Below are positions 10,021 to 20,096 of a stretch of 64,000 nucleotides of DNA, one piece after another. The notes below the pieces were generated by a model. It ran no database searches, had not been told where the DNA came from, and saw nothing but the letters and a program-made list of their open reading frames with translations. Within the stretch, counting starts at the first letter, position 1. Each line of letters starts with the position of its first letter. Both the position numbers and the translations under genes were made by a program. The stretch is from Acidobacteriota bacterium (GTDB lineage: Bacteria; Acidobacteriota; UBA890; WLXD01). The stretch is taken from assembly GCA_963666215.2 (NCBI GenBank), contig CAXWPL010000005.1, positions 1,472,001 to 1,536,000 of the forward strand, in the 5' to 3' direction.

Positions 10021-10752
10021 CTACTGACTCCCACGCTCAATGCTTTCATTGGAAGCCATCGAAGCACCACCTGCCCGGTACCGGGCTTTGCGTTCCTCCG
10101 ACCACTGATCTATCTCGCCCTCGGGTACGCCGTAGGCCAGGCCCCGCTCCACCGCAGGCCTGGCCCGCACCCGGTCCACCCAGGCCACCACGTTGGCGTG
10201 ACCGGTGATATCGACCTTGCTCCACTTCCAGCCCCGTATCCAGGGGTAGCTGGCGATGTCGGCAATGGTGAAGTCATCACCGCAGATCCAGGACTGTCCC
10301 TGTAATTGTTTTTCCAGTAGGCGCAACAAGCGTTGGGCTTCATTGCCGAAACGTTCCAACGGGTGGGATTTGCGCTCCGCATCGATGTCATCCATATAGC
10401 GCGTGTAACTCAGCTTGTTGCCAAAGGTCGGCCCCACATTGGCGGCCTGCCAGAACAGCCAGGGCAGCACCTCCCAGCGCTCCTCGCCCAGGGGTAACAA
10501 AGAAGACGGGTATTTTTCCGCCAGGTAGAGCATCACGGCGCAGCTCTCCATGATGTGCCTGTCACCGTCAACCAGGGCGGGAATCTTCTGATTCGGGTTT
10601 ATGGCGGTGAATTCATCGTTAAACTGCTCACCGGCCATCAGGTCTACGGTATGCACCTCGAAGGCCGGAACATCCAACCCCGCCTCGATGAGTTCCTCCA
10701 ACATGATGGTTACCTTCCAACCGTTGGGTGTCGCCGCGGTCCACACTTCCAT
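10021..10752 (-). CDS. Glutathione S-transferase family protein (YfcG/YghU-like)
   Basis: TPNGWKV, INPNQKIPAL, ESCA and FTIADIASYPW. Confidence 0.9.
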   Translation of the reverse strand: MEVWTAATPNGWKVTIMLEELIEAGLDVPAFEVHTVDLMAGEQFNDEFTAINPNQKIPALVDGDRHIMESCAVMLYLAEKYPSSLLPLGEERWEVLPWLFWQAANVGPTFGNKLSYTRYMDDIDAERKSHPLERFGNEAQRLLRLLEKQLQGQSWICGDDFTIADIASYPWIRGWKWSKVDITGHANVVAWVDRVRARPAVERGLAYGVPEGEIDQWSEERKARYRAGGASMASNESIERGSQ

Positions 10753-10811
10753 GCTAATTACACTACCTCATCAAAATACTGATTGCTTAGAAACGCACCG
10801 CTGTTGTGCCC

Positions 10812-10977
10812 CTAGACCAGCGTTTCCGAAGTTCGAGTCGCATAGCTCGAGGTCATTCTGTACGGAGGCAAGGCGCGCCGACGCAGGCATATTGGGAATC
10901 TGTCGAGGAGGTGCAACGCTGCCAGCGGGCAGAAGGGGCCGAGATAGGTGGCGCGAACTTTGGAAACGCTGGTCTAG
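10812..10977 (+). repeat. 166-bp CTAG-bounded palindromic element (RPE/MITE-like), copy 1
   Basis: Terminal IR CTAGACCAGCGTTTCCGAAGTTCG / CGAACTTTGGAAACGCTGGTCTAG; core shared with copy 2. Confidence 0.8.
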
Positions 10978-11170
10978 TGCAAGGCCGAAATGAAGATCGT
11001 GGCGTTGGTGGTGGAGGAGTCCTCGCTGCGCCGGTTGCTGGGTGGTCTCGAGGTGGGGCCTCAGGAGGCCATCTCGTTGTCGCGGGCGCCTCCGGGGGGA
11101 GGGGAGCTGCACTACGAGGTCATCGAGACTCGCCAGCAGCCGAGGCCTGTGGGAGGATCCGGGGACGCAG
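10978..11170 (+). pseudogene. C-terminal remnant resembling an IS91-family transposase
   Basis: CKAEMKIVALVVEESSLRRLLGGL...SRAPP resembles the C-x-x-x-M-x-I-I-A...I-L...RAPP tail of IS91-like proteins. Confidence 0.5.
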
Positions 11171-11336
11171 CTAGTGCAGTGTCTCCGACATGGCTTACCA
11201 ATATCTCGGCCTCTTTTGCCCGCTGCCGTCGTCGCGACTCGTCGACATATTCCCAATATGCCTGCCTCGTCGCTCCTTGACAGCGAACAAAATGACCTCG
11301 AGCTCTTGGCAAGCCATGTCGGAGACACAACACTAG
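11171..11336 (-). repeat. 166-bp CTAG-bounded palindromic element, copy 2 (inverted)
   Basis: Terminal IR CTAGTGCAGTGTCTCCGACATGGCTT / AAGCCATGTCGGAGACACAACACTAG; same length and core as copy 1. Confidence 0.8.
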
Positions 11337-11368
11337 GAGCGCAGGCGCTCCAGGAGGGAGGACGGCCA

Positions 11369-12433
11369 ATGGAAGTCTGGTATCTCGGTGTGGCGAGGCC
11401 GCGGGGTGGCGCCGCTGATGCGAGGCGCCTCGAGGAGAAGGGCTGGAGCGGATTCGCGATGGTGGATTCGCAGAACCTCTCCGGCGACGTCTACGTCGCG
11501 CTGGCCATGGCGGCGAACGCGACCGCACGCATCGGCCTGGGACCCGGAGTCACCAACCCGGTCACGCGGCAGGCCGCGACGACGGCGGGCGCCATCGCCA
11601 GTGTGCAACGGGTCGCCGACGGGCGCGCCGTCATGGCGATCGGCCGAGGTGATTCGGCGTTGGCCCACTTGGGTCGCTCACCGGCCCGTCTCGGTGCCTT
11701 CGAGAACTACGTTCGCAACCTACGTCGCTACCTTGCGGGCGAGGCCGTGCCTTTCGACGAAGTAGAGATGAGCACCGACGCGGCGGCGCCGCTCGACGAG
11801 CTGGGGCTGGCGGGGGCGCCGCGGACGAGCCGCATCGCGTGGATCGCCGACGTGCCGCGGGTGCCCCTCGAAGTTGCCGCCACCGGTCCGCGGGTGATCG
11901 GCATCGCGGCGCGCCACGCGGACAGGGTGATGTTCTCGCTCGGCGCCGACGCGGACCGCCTCGCCTGGGGCATCGAGGTCGCGCATCAAGCCCGACGAGA
12001 CGCGGGCCTCGACCCTGACGGAGTCAGCTTTGGTGCCTACCTGAGCTGCGCCACCCATCCCTCGCTCGATGTCGCCCGCGAGATGGTCCGAGGTGGTGTC
12101 ACCACCCACGCTCGCTTCTCCGTGATGCACGGGCAGGTCGCGGGTCCGGTCTCGGAAGAGGAGCGGAAGGTCTTCGCCGACGTGCATGACCACTACGACA
12201 TGAGGGCCCACACCCGCTCGGACTCCCCGCAGGCGGCGTTCGTCACGCCGGAGTTCATCGATCGCTTCGCCATCCTCGGCTCCCCGGATCAGTGCATCGC
12301 TCGCTTCAGAGGGCTCGCCGAGATCGGCATCTCGAAGTTCGTGGTGTCGGGGGTCGACCGCGGAGCGGATGGGAGCGAGGCCAGGGCCTTGCTGGAGAAG
12401 GAGGTCCTACCGTCGTTGGTCGGCGCCGAATAG
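11369..12433 (+). CDS. LLM-class flavin-dependent oxidoreductase
   Basis: DSQNL, GPGVTNPVTR, IGRGDS and AATGPR; GGAGG RBS. Confidence 0.88.
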   Translation: MEVWYLGVARPRGGAADARRLEEKGWSGFAMVDSQNLSGDVYVALAMAANATARIGLGPGVTNPVTRQAATTAGAIASVQRVADGRAVMAIGRGDSALAHLGRSPARLGAFENYVRNLRRYLAGEAVPFDEVEMSTDAAAPLDELGLAGAPRTSRIAWIADVPRVPLEVAATGPRVIGIAARHADRVMFSLGADADRLAWGIEVAHQARRDAGLDPDGVSFGAYLSCATHPSLDVAREMVRGGVTTHARFSVMHGQVAGPVSEEERKVFADVHDHYDMRAHTRSDSPQAAFVTPEFIDRFAILGSPDQCIARFRGLAEIGISKFVVSGVDRGADGSEARALLEKEVLPSLVGAE

Positions 12434-12831
12434 TTGGAGGAAGCCTTTCCGAAGGGCTACTCGCCACGGACAGCGAGAGCCGGCGACAGTAGGTCTCTCA
12501 GCCTGTTCCTTGCCTGAGAACAATCCCGAGGAGTGGACAACACAGACTCGCTGCCTGCTAGAGGGGTTTGCTGAGGAAGGCGGCGAGGAGTAGGGTGTGT
12601 CCCTCCCCCTTTGCGCGTTCATGAGGGATCTTCACCTGGGAAGTGTGCCGACGGGAAAAGGGGACAGATGATGCCAGCACCGACGATAGTTTCGCGCGGC
12701 TTAAGAGCCGCGCTGGAGCACCTACGACGCCGCCGCGCTCGGCGTCGAGCTCCCGGCGGGGGTGCCACCGACGATACAGGAGCGAGCGTTTACGTCGCCG
12801 ATCTGGTATCAGCCCGATTGATCTTCGACCG

Positions 12832-13681
12832 GTGGAGTCGACGGCGGGCGCGGTGGCTGTAGGTCAGGCCCATCTGTTTCTCGCCCTTTCGGTTGCGAGT
12901 GCCTCACTGTCCTGGCCTTGGCTCCGTTTCCCGCCGCCTCTCATCGAACCGTGCTTGCGGTTTTCCCGCACACGGCTCCCGGACTGGCTTCACGACAAGG
13001 CATTCGCGAGTCGATCCCCTCGACCCGATCTAGCCGGGCGGCTCCTTGCGATCGGAGCTTGTACCGTCCTCTCGCTTGGCCTTGTCACAGAGCTTCTTCC
13101 GGAGTCGTTTGACTCATTCGGGTTCCTAGACTTGCGTCAATCCCGGTCTCCTTCTCCTTCCAAAGCGCACCAGAACTAGGGCTCCTTCCCTCCACCGGAG
13201 TTACCCGGCTTCATCAGTACTTCGAGCCCCTCCGACTCCCACCCCGGCCCGAGAACGGCCTTTTACGCCTTCCCGGTTGGCGGTCGCAACCCGCCACCGA
13301 CGTGGGTCTCACACGTTGCCTCAAAGACCTTCGGTACATGCCACCCCCACTACCCCGGCTGGATTCGACGGATTCAACGATCGGTTGCTCCTCCGCCGAG
13401 CGGCGGCCTTCCCCTTATGGCAGGAGGGTCGGCTCCAACGAGAAACTTTCGGGGCCTTCTCAGGGTTCACTCACGTTGCGGCCTGCACCTTTGCCCTCTG
13501 GACTTAATCCAGATGTTCCGGAGGCTTCAGCCGGACGGTCACCCGAATCGACTGCTCCGGCGGCTACCGGGGTGTACCGACAACTCCCCGGGCGGGACTT
13601 TCACCCGCCGGCCTTCGAGACCCAGAGGTCTCCTATCTCTGTCTTTCGATCAGGTCATCAGATTCCTCCTTCGTGTCGCAC
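12832..13681 (-). mobile_element. ORF-less group II intron, about 850 nt
   Basis: 5' GTGCGACACG; domain V GAGCCGTGTGCGGGAAAACCGCAAGCACGGTTCG; long domain VI; 3' end GACTCCAC; only vestigial RT termini in domain IV. Confidence 0.9.
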
Positions 13682-13744
13682 TACCACCCGAATATCCCAA
13701 AGACTCGGCGCTGATCCGACGGTCTGGCCGTAGCGCGCCTGCAT

Positions 13745-14791
13745 CTACAGCGCCTTCCTGACAGCTTCGCAGACGGCTTCCGTCGATGCCTTGCCACCTT
13801 GATCAGGCGTCAGAACAGAACCGCTGGCATAGACCTCGGCGATGGCGGTACGCAGACGTTCGGCTGGCTCCACCATGTCCAGATAGTCGAGCATCATCGC
13901 GGCGGTCAGCAGATTCGCCGTCGGATTGATGATATGCTGACCGGCTATGTCCGGCGCGGTGCCGTGCGCTGTCTCGAAATAGGCGTAGTCCGCACCATAG
14001 CAGCCACTGGCAGCCAGACCGAGCCCGCCCACCAGGCCCGCCGCGGCATCGGACAGAATGTCTCCATAAAGGTTGGGCATCACCACCACATCGAATCGCT
14101 GTGGTTCCCGAACGAGCCGGCAGGCGAAGTCGTCGACGATGAAAGTCTCCAGCGCAACGTCCGGGTAGTCTGCAGCCAAGGCAAGCGCCACGTCGCGAAA
14201 CAAGCCGTCGGACTGGGGCAGCATGTTGTATTTGGAGGTGACCGTGAGCCGACGCTGACGCTGCATGGCAAGCTCGAAAGCGAAGCGGATCACCCGCTCG
14301 CTGCCGGCTTCGGTGATCGCTTTGATCGCATACTTGCCAGGACCCAGATCTTTTACGGATTTCCGTATGGTCACGCCCACCGGCGCGGGTTCCGCCAGCG
14401 ATTCGAGATCTCCCTCGGCTCGCACGTAGAGATCTTCCAGATTCTCACGGACGATGAGAAAATCTATCCCCTCCGGCTCCGCCAGCGGCGATCGGGCGCC
14501 GGGCAGATACACAGCGGGTCGGACGTTGGCGAAGGTGCCTTTTCCCCAGCGCAGATAGAACAGCGAAGCACCCGAGCTGCCACTGGTCGCACCGAAGAAG
14601 GTCGTATCGGCGTCATCGATGAGCGCCTTGCTCTCAGCCGGAAAGGGTGAGCCGGAAGCCTGCTGTGCCGCCTCGCCCACCAGGGGATACGTCCACTCGA
14701 TCCCGAGCCTCAGACTGTCGAGCAACCCGATGGTCGGTTGCACCGCCTCGGGCGAAGCGTCGTCTCCCTCGATCACGGCTACCCGGGTCAT
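13745..14791 (-). CDS. Isocitrate/isopropylmalate dehydrogenase family protein
   Basis: VRENLEDLY, NLYGDILSD, FETAHGTAPDIAG and NPTA. Confidence 0.9.
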   Translation of the reverse strand: MTRVAVIEGDDASPEAVQPTIGLLDSLRLGIEWTYPLVGEAAQQASGSPFPAESKALIDDADTTFFGATSGSSGASLFYLRWGKGTFANVRPAVYLPGARSPLAEPEGIDFLIVRENLEDLYVRAEGDLESLAEPAPVGVTIRKSVKDLGPGKYAIKAITEAGSERVIRFAFELAMQRQRRLTVTSKYNMLPQSDGLFRDVALALAADYPDVALETFIVDDFACRLVREPQRFDVVVMPNLYGDILSDAAAGLVGGLGLAASGCYGADYAYFETAHGTAPDIAGQHIINPTANLLTAAMMLDYLDMVEPAERLRTAIAEVYASGSVLTPDQGGKASTEAVCEAVRKAL

Positions 14792-15396
14792 AAGTCGTAC
14801 ACCCACGGTCGCGAACGCCGGTCGGCGCTCTGAAAATCCGCAATCTCCGACTCATGGGACAGGGTCAGCGCGATCGTGTCCAGACCCTCGAGCAGGCAGC
14901 GTTTTTTCAACGGATTCACCTCGAAAGAAATGAGCTCGTCGCCCCAGCTCAGTGTTTCAGCCGCCAGGTCAACCTGCACTTCCACCGTGGTCTCGACCAG
15001 GCGCTCAAACACACTCTGCTCGACCACAACGGGCAGCAATCCGAGCTGAAAGCAGTTGTTGAAGAAGATGTCGCCGAAGCTGGTACCGATCAGAGCACGA
15101 AAGCCGAGATCGTGCAGTGCCCGCGGCGCGCTTTCGCGGGAACTGCCACAACCGAAGTTTTGGCCGGTGAGCATGATGGCGCAGTCGGCGTAGGCAGGCT
15201 CATTCAGGGGAAAGTCCGGCAAGGGCGTGCCGCTGTCCGCGTCGCCCGTGTCATAACGCCAGGCTTCAAAGGCGTAATCGGCCAGCGGCCGGGCGTTGCG
15301 ACCGGTGAGCCGCCGCATGGGAGTGATGATGTCGGTGTCCACGTTTGCCGCCAGCAGCGGAAGCGGCCTGCAGCACAGCACCTCGAACCTGTCCAT
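14788..15396 (-). CDS. leuD: 3-isopropylmalate dehydratase small subunit-like
   Basis: NVDTDII, NFGCGSSRE, SFGDIFFNN and LLEGLD. Confidence 0.92.
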   Translation of the reverse strand: MDRFEVLCCRPLPLLAANVDTDIITPMRRLTGRNARPLADYAFEAWRYDTGDADSGTPLPDFPLNEPAYADCAIMLTGQNFGCGSSRESAPRALHDLGFRALIGTSFGDIFFNNCFQLGLLPVVVEQSVFERLVETTVEVQVDLAAETLSWGDELISFEVNPLKKRCLLEGLDTIALTLSHESEIADFQSADRRSRPWVYDL

Positions 15397-16805
15397 CAAT
15401 CCCACTCCCTGACATCGACGATGGCACCGGCAATGGCCGAGGCTGCCACAGTCACGGGGCTCGCCAGATGGGTCCGCGCTCGCGGCCCCTGACGCCCGAC
15501 GAAATTTCGATTCGAGGTGGAAAGGCAACGCTTACCCGGCGGCACATACTCACCGTTGCTGGCGACACAGCGGGAACAACCCGGCTCCCGCCATTCGAAG
15601 CCGGCCTCGAGAAAGATCCGGTGCAGGCCCAGCAGCTCTGCCTCACGCTTGACCCTTTCACTGCCCGGAACGACCCAGGCCACCACGCCTTGCGCCACCC
15701 GTCTACCTGCAACGACTTTCGCCGCGGCCTGCAGATCGGAAAGCCGGCTGTTGGTGCAGGATCCGACGAATACGTAATCGACAGGCAGCCCACAGAGCGG
15801 CTGGCCTGGCTTTAGACCCATGTAGTCGAGGGCAGCCCGCACACCGCTTACGTCAGCACCGCCGCGATAGACCAGGGGATCCGGCACAACATCCGACACC
15901 GCTCCGCCATGCATCGGGCTCGTCCCCCAGGTCACCTGCGGCGCTATGGAATCCGCAGCGATGCTGACTTCGCGATCGAATTCAGCGGAGGCGTCACCGG
16001 GTAGGGTCTGCCAGAACCGGACGGCCGCATCCCAGGCCGCCTCTTTGGGAACGTAGCGGCGTCCGTGCAGGTATTCGAAAGTCGTCGAATCCGGCGCCAC
16101 CTGGCCGATCTTCGCTCCGAGCTCGACGGACAGGTTGCACAGCGTCATCCGTTCCTCGACGCTCATTGCGCGTACCGTTTCTCCGGCATATTCCATGGCA
16201 TGTCCGACGCCCAGTTCCACACCCTCCGTCGCGATCAGATGCAGGATCAGATCCTTGGCGTGCACCCCCTTCGGCAGCCGCCCGCTGAACGTTACCCTCA
16301 GCTGCTTCGGTTTGCGTTCGATGATGGTCTGGGTGGCAAGCACGTGGTTGAGCTCGCTGCTGCCGATGCCCCAGGCAAGCGCCCCAAGCGCGCCGTGGGT
16401 ACAGGTGTGGCTATCGCCGCAGACGATGGAAAGTCCCGGGAGGGTCAGACCGAGTTCGGGACCGATCACATGCACGATGCCCTGCTCCGCGCTGCCGAGA
16501 TCGAAAAGTGCTATTCCGGACTCGCCGCACTCCTTACGCAGCATGGGAATGAGACGGCTGCCCGACGGCGTGCTGGCGTCATCCCGGTCAGCCTGGGTTG
16601 ACACGCAGTGATCGGGCGTCGCGAAGCAGAGCTCGGGATTGCGAACCGGAAACCCTCGCCGGCGCAGGGTTCGCAGTGACGGCGGGCCGGAGAGATCGTG
16701 CAGCAGATGACGATCGATGTGCAGCAACTGATAGTCACCACCGAGATCGGTGATGACGTGTGCATCCCAGCATTTGTCCAGCAGCGTTTTCCCCATGCCC
16801 TGCAT
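15396..16805 (-). CDS. leuC: 3-isopropylmalate dehydratase large subunit-like
   Basis: GDSHTCTHGA, GSCTNSR, PGCSRC and TSNRNFVGRQG. Confidence 0.93.
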   Translation of the reverse strand: MQGMGKTLLDKCWDAHVITDLGGDYQLLHIDRHLLHDLSGPPSLRTLRRRGFPVRNPELCFATPDHCVSTQADRDDASTPSGSRLIPMLRKECGESGIALFDLGSAEQGIVHVIGPELGLTLPGLSIVCGDSHTCTHGALGALAWGIGSSELNHVLATQTIIERKPKQLRVTFSGRLPKGVHAKDLILHLIATEGVELGVGHAMEYAGETVRAMSVEERMTLCNLSVELGAKIGQVAPDSTTFEYLHGRRYVPKEAAWDAAVRFWQTLPGDASAEFDREVSIAADSIAPQVTWGTSPMHGGAVSDVVPDPLVYRGGADVSGVRAALDYMGLKPGQPLCGLPVDYVFVGSCTNSRLSDLQAAAKVVAGRRVAQGVVAWVVPGSERVKREAELLGLHRIFLEAGFEWREPGCSRCVASNGEYVPPGKRCLSTSNRNFVGRQGPRARTHLASPVTVAASAIAGAIVDVREWD

Positions 16806-16812
16806 GGTAGCC

Positions 16813-16852
16813 CTAGCTTTCGAAAATGATGAATATCATTTCCAAAAGCTAG
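16813..16852. promoter_or_regulatory. 40-bp AT-rich palindrome upstream of leuC (operator or IS-end scar)
   Basis: CTAGCTTTCGAAAATGAT-gaat-ATCATTTCCAAAAGCTAG. Confidence 0.45.
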
Positions 16853-17006
16853 TTGTCTTCTGGCGCCGAGGACGGCGCACTTGGGGGTTGCTTCCTATTC
16901 GCTCCGGGAAGCGTTGTCACCTCCTGCCGCCGACCTGCGAGGATCTTGCTCATCTCGATCACACGAATTCCGTCGTAGGGCAGCTGGCTCATCTCAATGC
17001 GTTCTC

Positions 17007-17987
17007 CTACCGCACCGGTCCAGGATTGCCAGCGATGAAGTCCACGATGATGCGAGCCAACTGCGCGCCGTGGGATTCCTGAATGAAGTGGCCGGCGCCT
17101 TCGACGATCAGGTGTCCCTGGTCCTGAGCCCCTGGAACCTCGCGCTGGAACTTCTCGTCCTGACCGCCTGTGACGGGATCACTGTCTCCGAAGGCCGTCA
17201 AGAACGGCTTATCCCACTTCTTGAACACCTCCCAGGCGGCGAGGTTGGCCTCGCGAGCCGGGTCGTCCAAAGTAACCGGAACCCGCTGCGGCATGATGAG
17301 AGGCCCCGCTTTGTAGCGGGGATCGGGGAAAGGCGCATCGTACGCTGCCTGCAAGGAAGGATCGCCGTTGCTCCGCGCCAGCATCATGCCGGTCGGGATG
17401 TCGCCGCGGTCGATCATGCCCTGATTCACCCCTTTCCAGTTCATGAAGGCCTCGGAGAGCTGGTCCTCGCCGGTCGGCAGGGCGGTATTGGAGATCACCA
17501 CCCGAGCGAAGCGATCCGCTCTCTCGGCCACCACGCGTAGGCCGATCAGACCACCCCAGTCCTGGCCGAAGAAGGTGACGCCGCGTAGGTCGAGCGCCTC
17601 GACCAGCTGCTTCATGACGTCGACGTGGAACTCGTAGGTGTGGACCTCCATCTCGGCCGGCTTGTCGGAGCGTCCAAAGCCGACCAGGTCCGGCACGATC
17701 ACCCGATGACCCGCGGCCGTCAAGACCGGAATCATCTTGCGAAACAGGTAGGCCCAGGTCGGCTCGCCGTGGATCAGCAGAATCGCCTCACCGTCCCTCG
17801 GTCCCTCGTCCAGGTAGTGGACTCTGTAGCCTTCGATCTCCTGATAGCGCGGCTCGAAGGCGAAACCGGGAAGATTCTGAAAACGATCGTCCGATGTCCG
17901 AAAGACTCCCGGCCGGATTTCCTCACCACCGACAGCCGCGGCCGCCAGCGCGACCGATGCGAACACACCGACAATGTTGCTATTCAT
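17007..17987 (-). CDS. Haloalkane dehalogenase-like alpha/beta hydrolase with a signal-like N-terminus
   Basis: HGEPTW, PDLVGFGRSDKP, QDWGG and GHFIQE. Confidence 0.9.
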   Translation of the reverse strand: MNSNIVGVFASVALAAAAVGGEEIRPGVFRTSDDRFQNLPGFAFEPRYQEIEGYRVHYLDEGPRDGEAILLIHGEPTWAYLFRKMIPVLTAAGHRVIVPDLVGFGRSDKPAEMEVHTYEFHVDVMKQLVEALDLRGVTFFGQDWGGLIGLRVVAERADRFARVVISNTALPTGEDQLSEAFMNWKGVNQGMIDRGDIPTGMMLARSNGDPSLQAAYDAPFPDPRYKAGPLIMPQRVPVTLDDPAREANLAAWEVFKKWDKPFLTAFGDSDPVTGGQDEKFQREVPGAQDQGHLIVEGAGHFIQESHGAQLARIIVDFIAGNPGPVR

Positions 17988-18119
17988 CTGATTTGCCCTC
18001 CAACGAGCGCCCTTGAATAGGCGCAAGTCTATCGCTCGCCGCCAGCAGCCCGGTTCGCGGTGTCGTCTTCCACCCAGAAAGACGACAAAACCGCTCAGCG
18101 AGGACCTATGCAGTTCCAG

Positions 18120-18400
18120 CTATTGGTGTCGTGGTCCGCCAGTAAAGGCGACACGCAGGCTCACCACTTCGAACGTGTATTCCGCCGCCGGCGCGTCGCG
18201 GTTCCACAGATCGATGTAGATCTTCCAGCCGTCCGGTGTGCTGCGTAGCACGTTGATCCACTTGCCGACCTCGTCGCGGACTTCGCCCGTTTCCTTGTTC
18301 GTCGCGCTGTCGGTCCAGGTGTCCCACGAATACGCCCAGTCGCCCTCGACCTCGATACCGCGCATCACGCCGGCGCCGTTCGGGGTCTGGGCCGCAAACA
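18120..18400 (-). pseudogene. NTF2/DUF4440-like gene remnant
   Basis: IEVEGDWAY...GKWINVLRSTPDGWKIYIDLWN. Confidence 0.55.
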
Positions 18401-18439
18401 GGAGGCTCAGCGCGTAGTCGCGCCGGCGCGAGCCCTGTA

Positions 18440-18580
18440 CTCATCCGGTGTAGTGCCAAATGGCCAGCAACGCGAACAGCGTGCTCAATAGGTCCTTGCG
18501 GCTCGCCACCCAGGCCACGGACTCCACGTGCAGCGGGTGAACGGCGAAGAGCGCGGCCACCAGCGCGCTGCGCTGCAGCG
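18440..18580 (-). pseudogene. Fragment of a TMTC/GT-C-like membrane protein
   Basis: AALFAVHPLHVESVAWVASRKDLLSTLF. Confidence 0.6.
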
Positions 18581-18806
18581 AGCCGGTCATGCGGCGCAGC
18601 AGCGCGAAGAGCAGGAGACTGTTTTCCAGGTGGAGCAGAAGGCCGCGCTGGCCTTCTTCCCGCCGCCGATCTACTGCCGTTGGATCGCCCAGCGAGGCGC
18701 GCTAGCTCGATCGCGATAGAACCTGGCTGCGTTTCGTCAAGCGTCGCGAGTCCGCTGGAAAATCGTCTCGACGATGCAATGCCCGGCGATTCTCCCAGAG
18801 GATGAC

Positions 18807-20096
18807 TCATGCGATGGCGCGATCCTCAGCGATGAGAAACGCCGTAGCGAGCGAAAGTGCGATCGCTGAGATGATCGCGAAAATCGTGAGCAACGCCGGC
18901 CAACCCTGGTCCCGGATCACCGCGCCGGCCAATGGCGCAAAGATCATGGTGGCCCCGTAGCCGCAGGCATCGATCAGCCCGATCAGCACACCGGATCGCG
19001 CACGTCCGAACTGAATCGAGAACACACTCATGGGGATGTAGTACGCGGGCGATACCGCGAGCCCGAAGAGGAATGTCGCCGCCACGGCAACGCCCAATGC
19101 GGCGGCTGCGTCCAGCTCGAGTTCTGGCAAAAAACGAATCAAGACAATGGCCGCCAGCCCGACCGCCAACAAACCGCCCAGGACACGCACCCGACCGGCG
19201 GGGCTCAGCCTGTCATACAGCAGCCCCCCAGCCAGAACAGAAATGAAGGATCCGGCCGGAAAGGCCGACGAAGCCATGCCCGCTGCTCCGGATTCGATGG
19301 CGAAGTTCTGCTTGAAATACAGAGGTAGGAAGCTGAGGAACTCCATCTGGATCGTCATGGCCATCATGGCCAGGCAGATCAACTGGACGCGTCGGCTCTT
19401 CGCGAAGTGAATCAGCGTCGCCCCGAGCGTCTCCTGCCAATCCAACAGCCCCAACCGCACTTCTTCGCTCTCCACGGGTCCCGGGTTGGGCGACGCCAGA
19501 CCCCTTTGGCCAGGGCTGTCCTTCAGATAGATGAAGTCGAGCCCCACGATCAGCGCTGTGATCATTCCGGATACGTAGAAGAGCCAGCGCCAGGGCAGCA
19601 CCACCAGGAGTGCGCCCAGCAGGAAGCTGGAGATCACGCTGCTGGCCCGGGAGCTGGTTGCGATGACGCCCCATATCCGCCCGTGCCTGGCCGCGTCGAA
19701 CCACGCTCCGATGAGCTTTGCCATGGCGGGCCAGGCGCCCGCCTTCGTCAGCTGGGCCAGGAAGTTCATCAGCATGAACAGGAGGTGCGCCGACGAGGCC
19801 CCGAAGATCACCGTTGCGGCGCCGGTCAGCGACGTTGCGAGTAGGAAGAGCCGACGCCCACCCAGGGCGTCCGCGATTGCGCCGTTGAGTAACTTGCCTG
19901 CAAGTGCGCCCGCGGCCCCCCAACCCAAGAGGGCACCGAAGCCGGCCACATCCAAGCCGAGGGCGGGGTCGTCGATCATCTCAGGAGATGCAATCGAAAC
20001 AGCGGTCCGGCACAGGACCAGCCCCGCGTAGCCGCCGTACATGCAGAGGACGGTGGTCAGCTCCCAGCGCAGTCGATCCCGGGCAAGTTCTGGCAT
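18807..20096 (-). CDS. MFS transporter (GlpT/UhpC-like)
   Basis: About 12 hydrophobic segments, GAIADALGGRR motif and WF..RHG..WG. Confidence 0.88.
   Translation of the reverse strand: MPELARDRLRWELTTVLCMYGGYAGLVLCRTAVSIASPEMIDDPALGLDVAGFGALLGWGAAGALAGKLLNGAIADALGGRRLFLLATSLTGAATVIFGASSAHLLFMLMNFLAQLTKAGAWPAMAKLIGAWFDAARHGRIWGVIATSSRASSVISSFLLGALLVVLPWRWLFYVSGMITALIVGLDFIYLKDSPGQRGLASPNPGPVESEEVRLGLLDWQETLGATLIHFAKSRRVQLICLAMMAMTIQMEFLSFLPLYFKQNFAIESGAAGMASSAFPAGSFISVLAGGLLYDRLSPAGRVRVLGGLLAVGLAAIVLIRFLPELELDAAAALGVAVAATFLFGLAVSPAYYIPMSVFSIQFGRARSGVLIGLIDACGYGATMIFAPLAGAVIRDQGWPALLTIFAIISAIALSLATAFLIAEDRAIA

Noticed and set aside
16822-16843. Possible Fur box upstream of leuC
   Set aside because: AATGAT-N4-ATCATT spacing does not fit the canonical N1 Fur box; kept only as an unassigned palindrome
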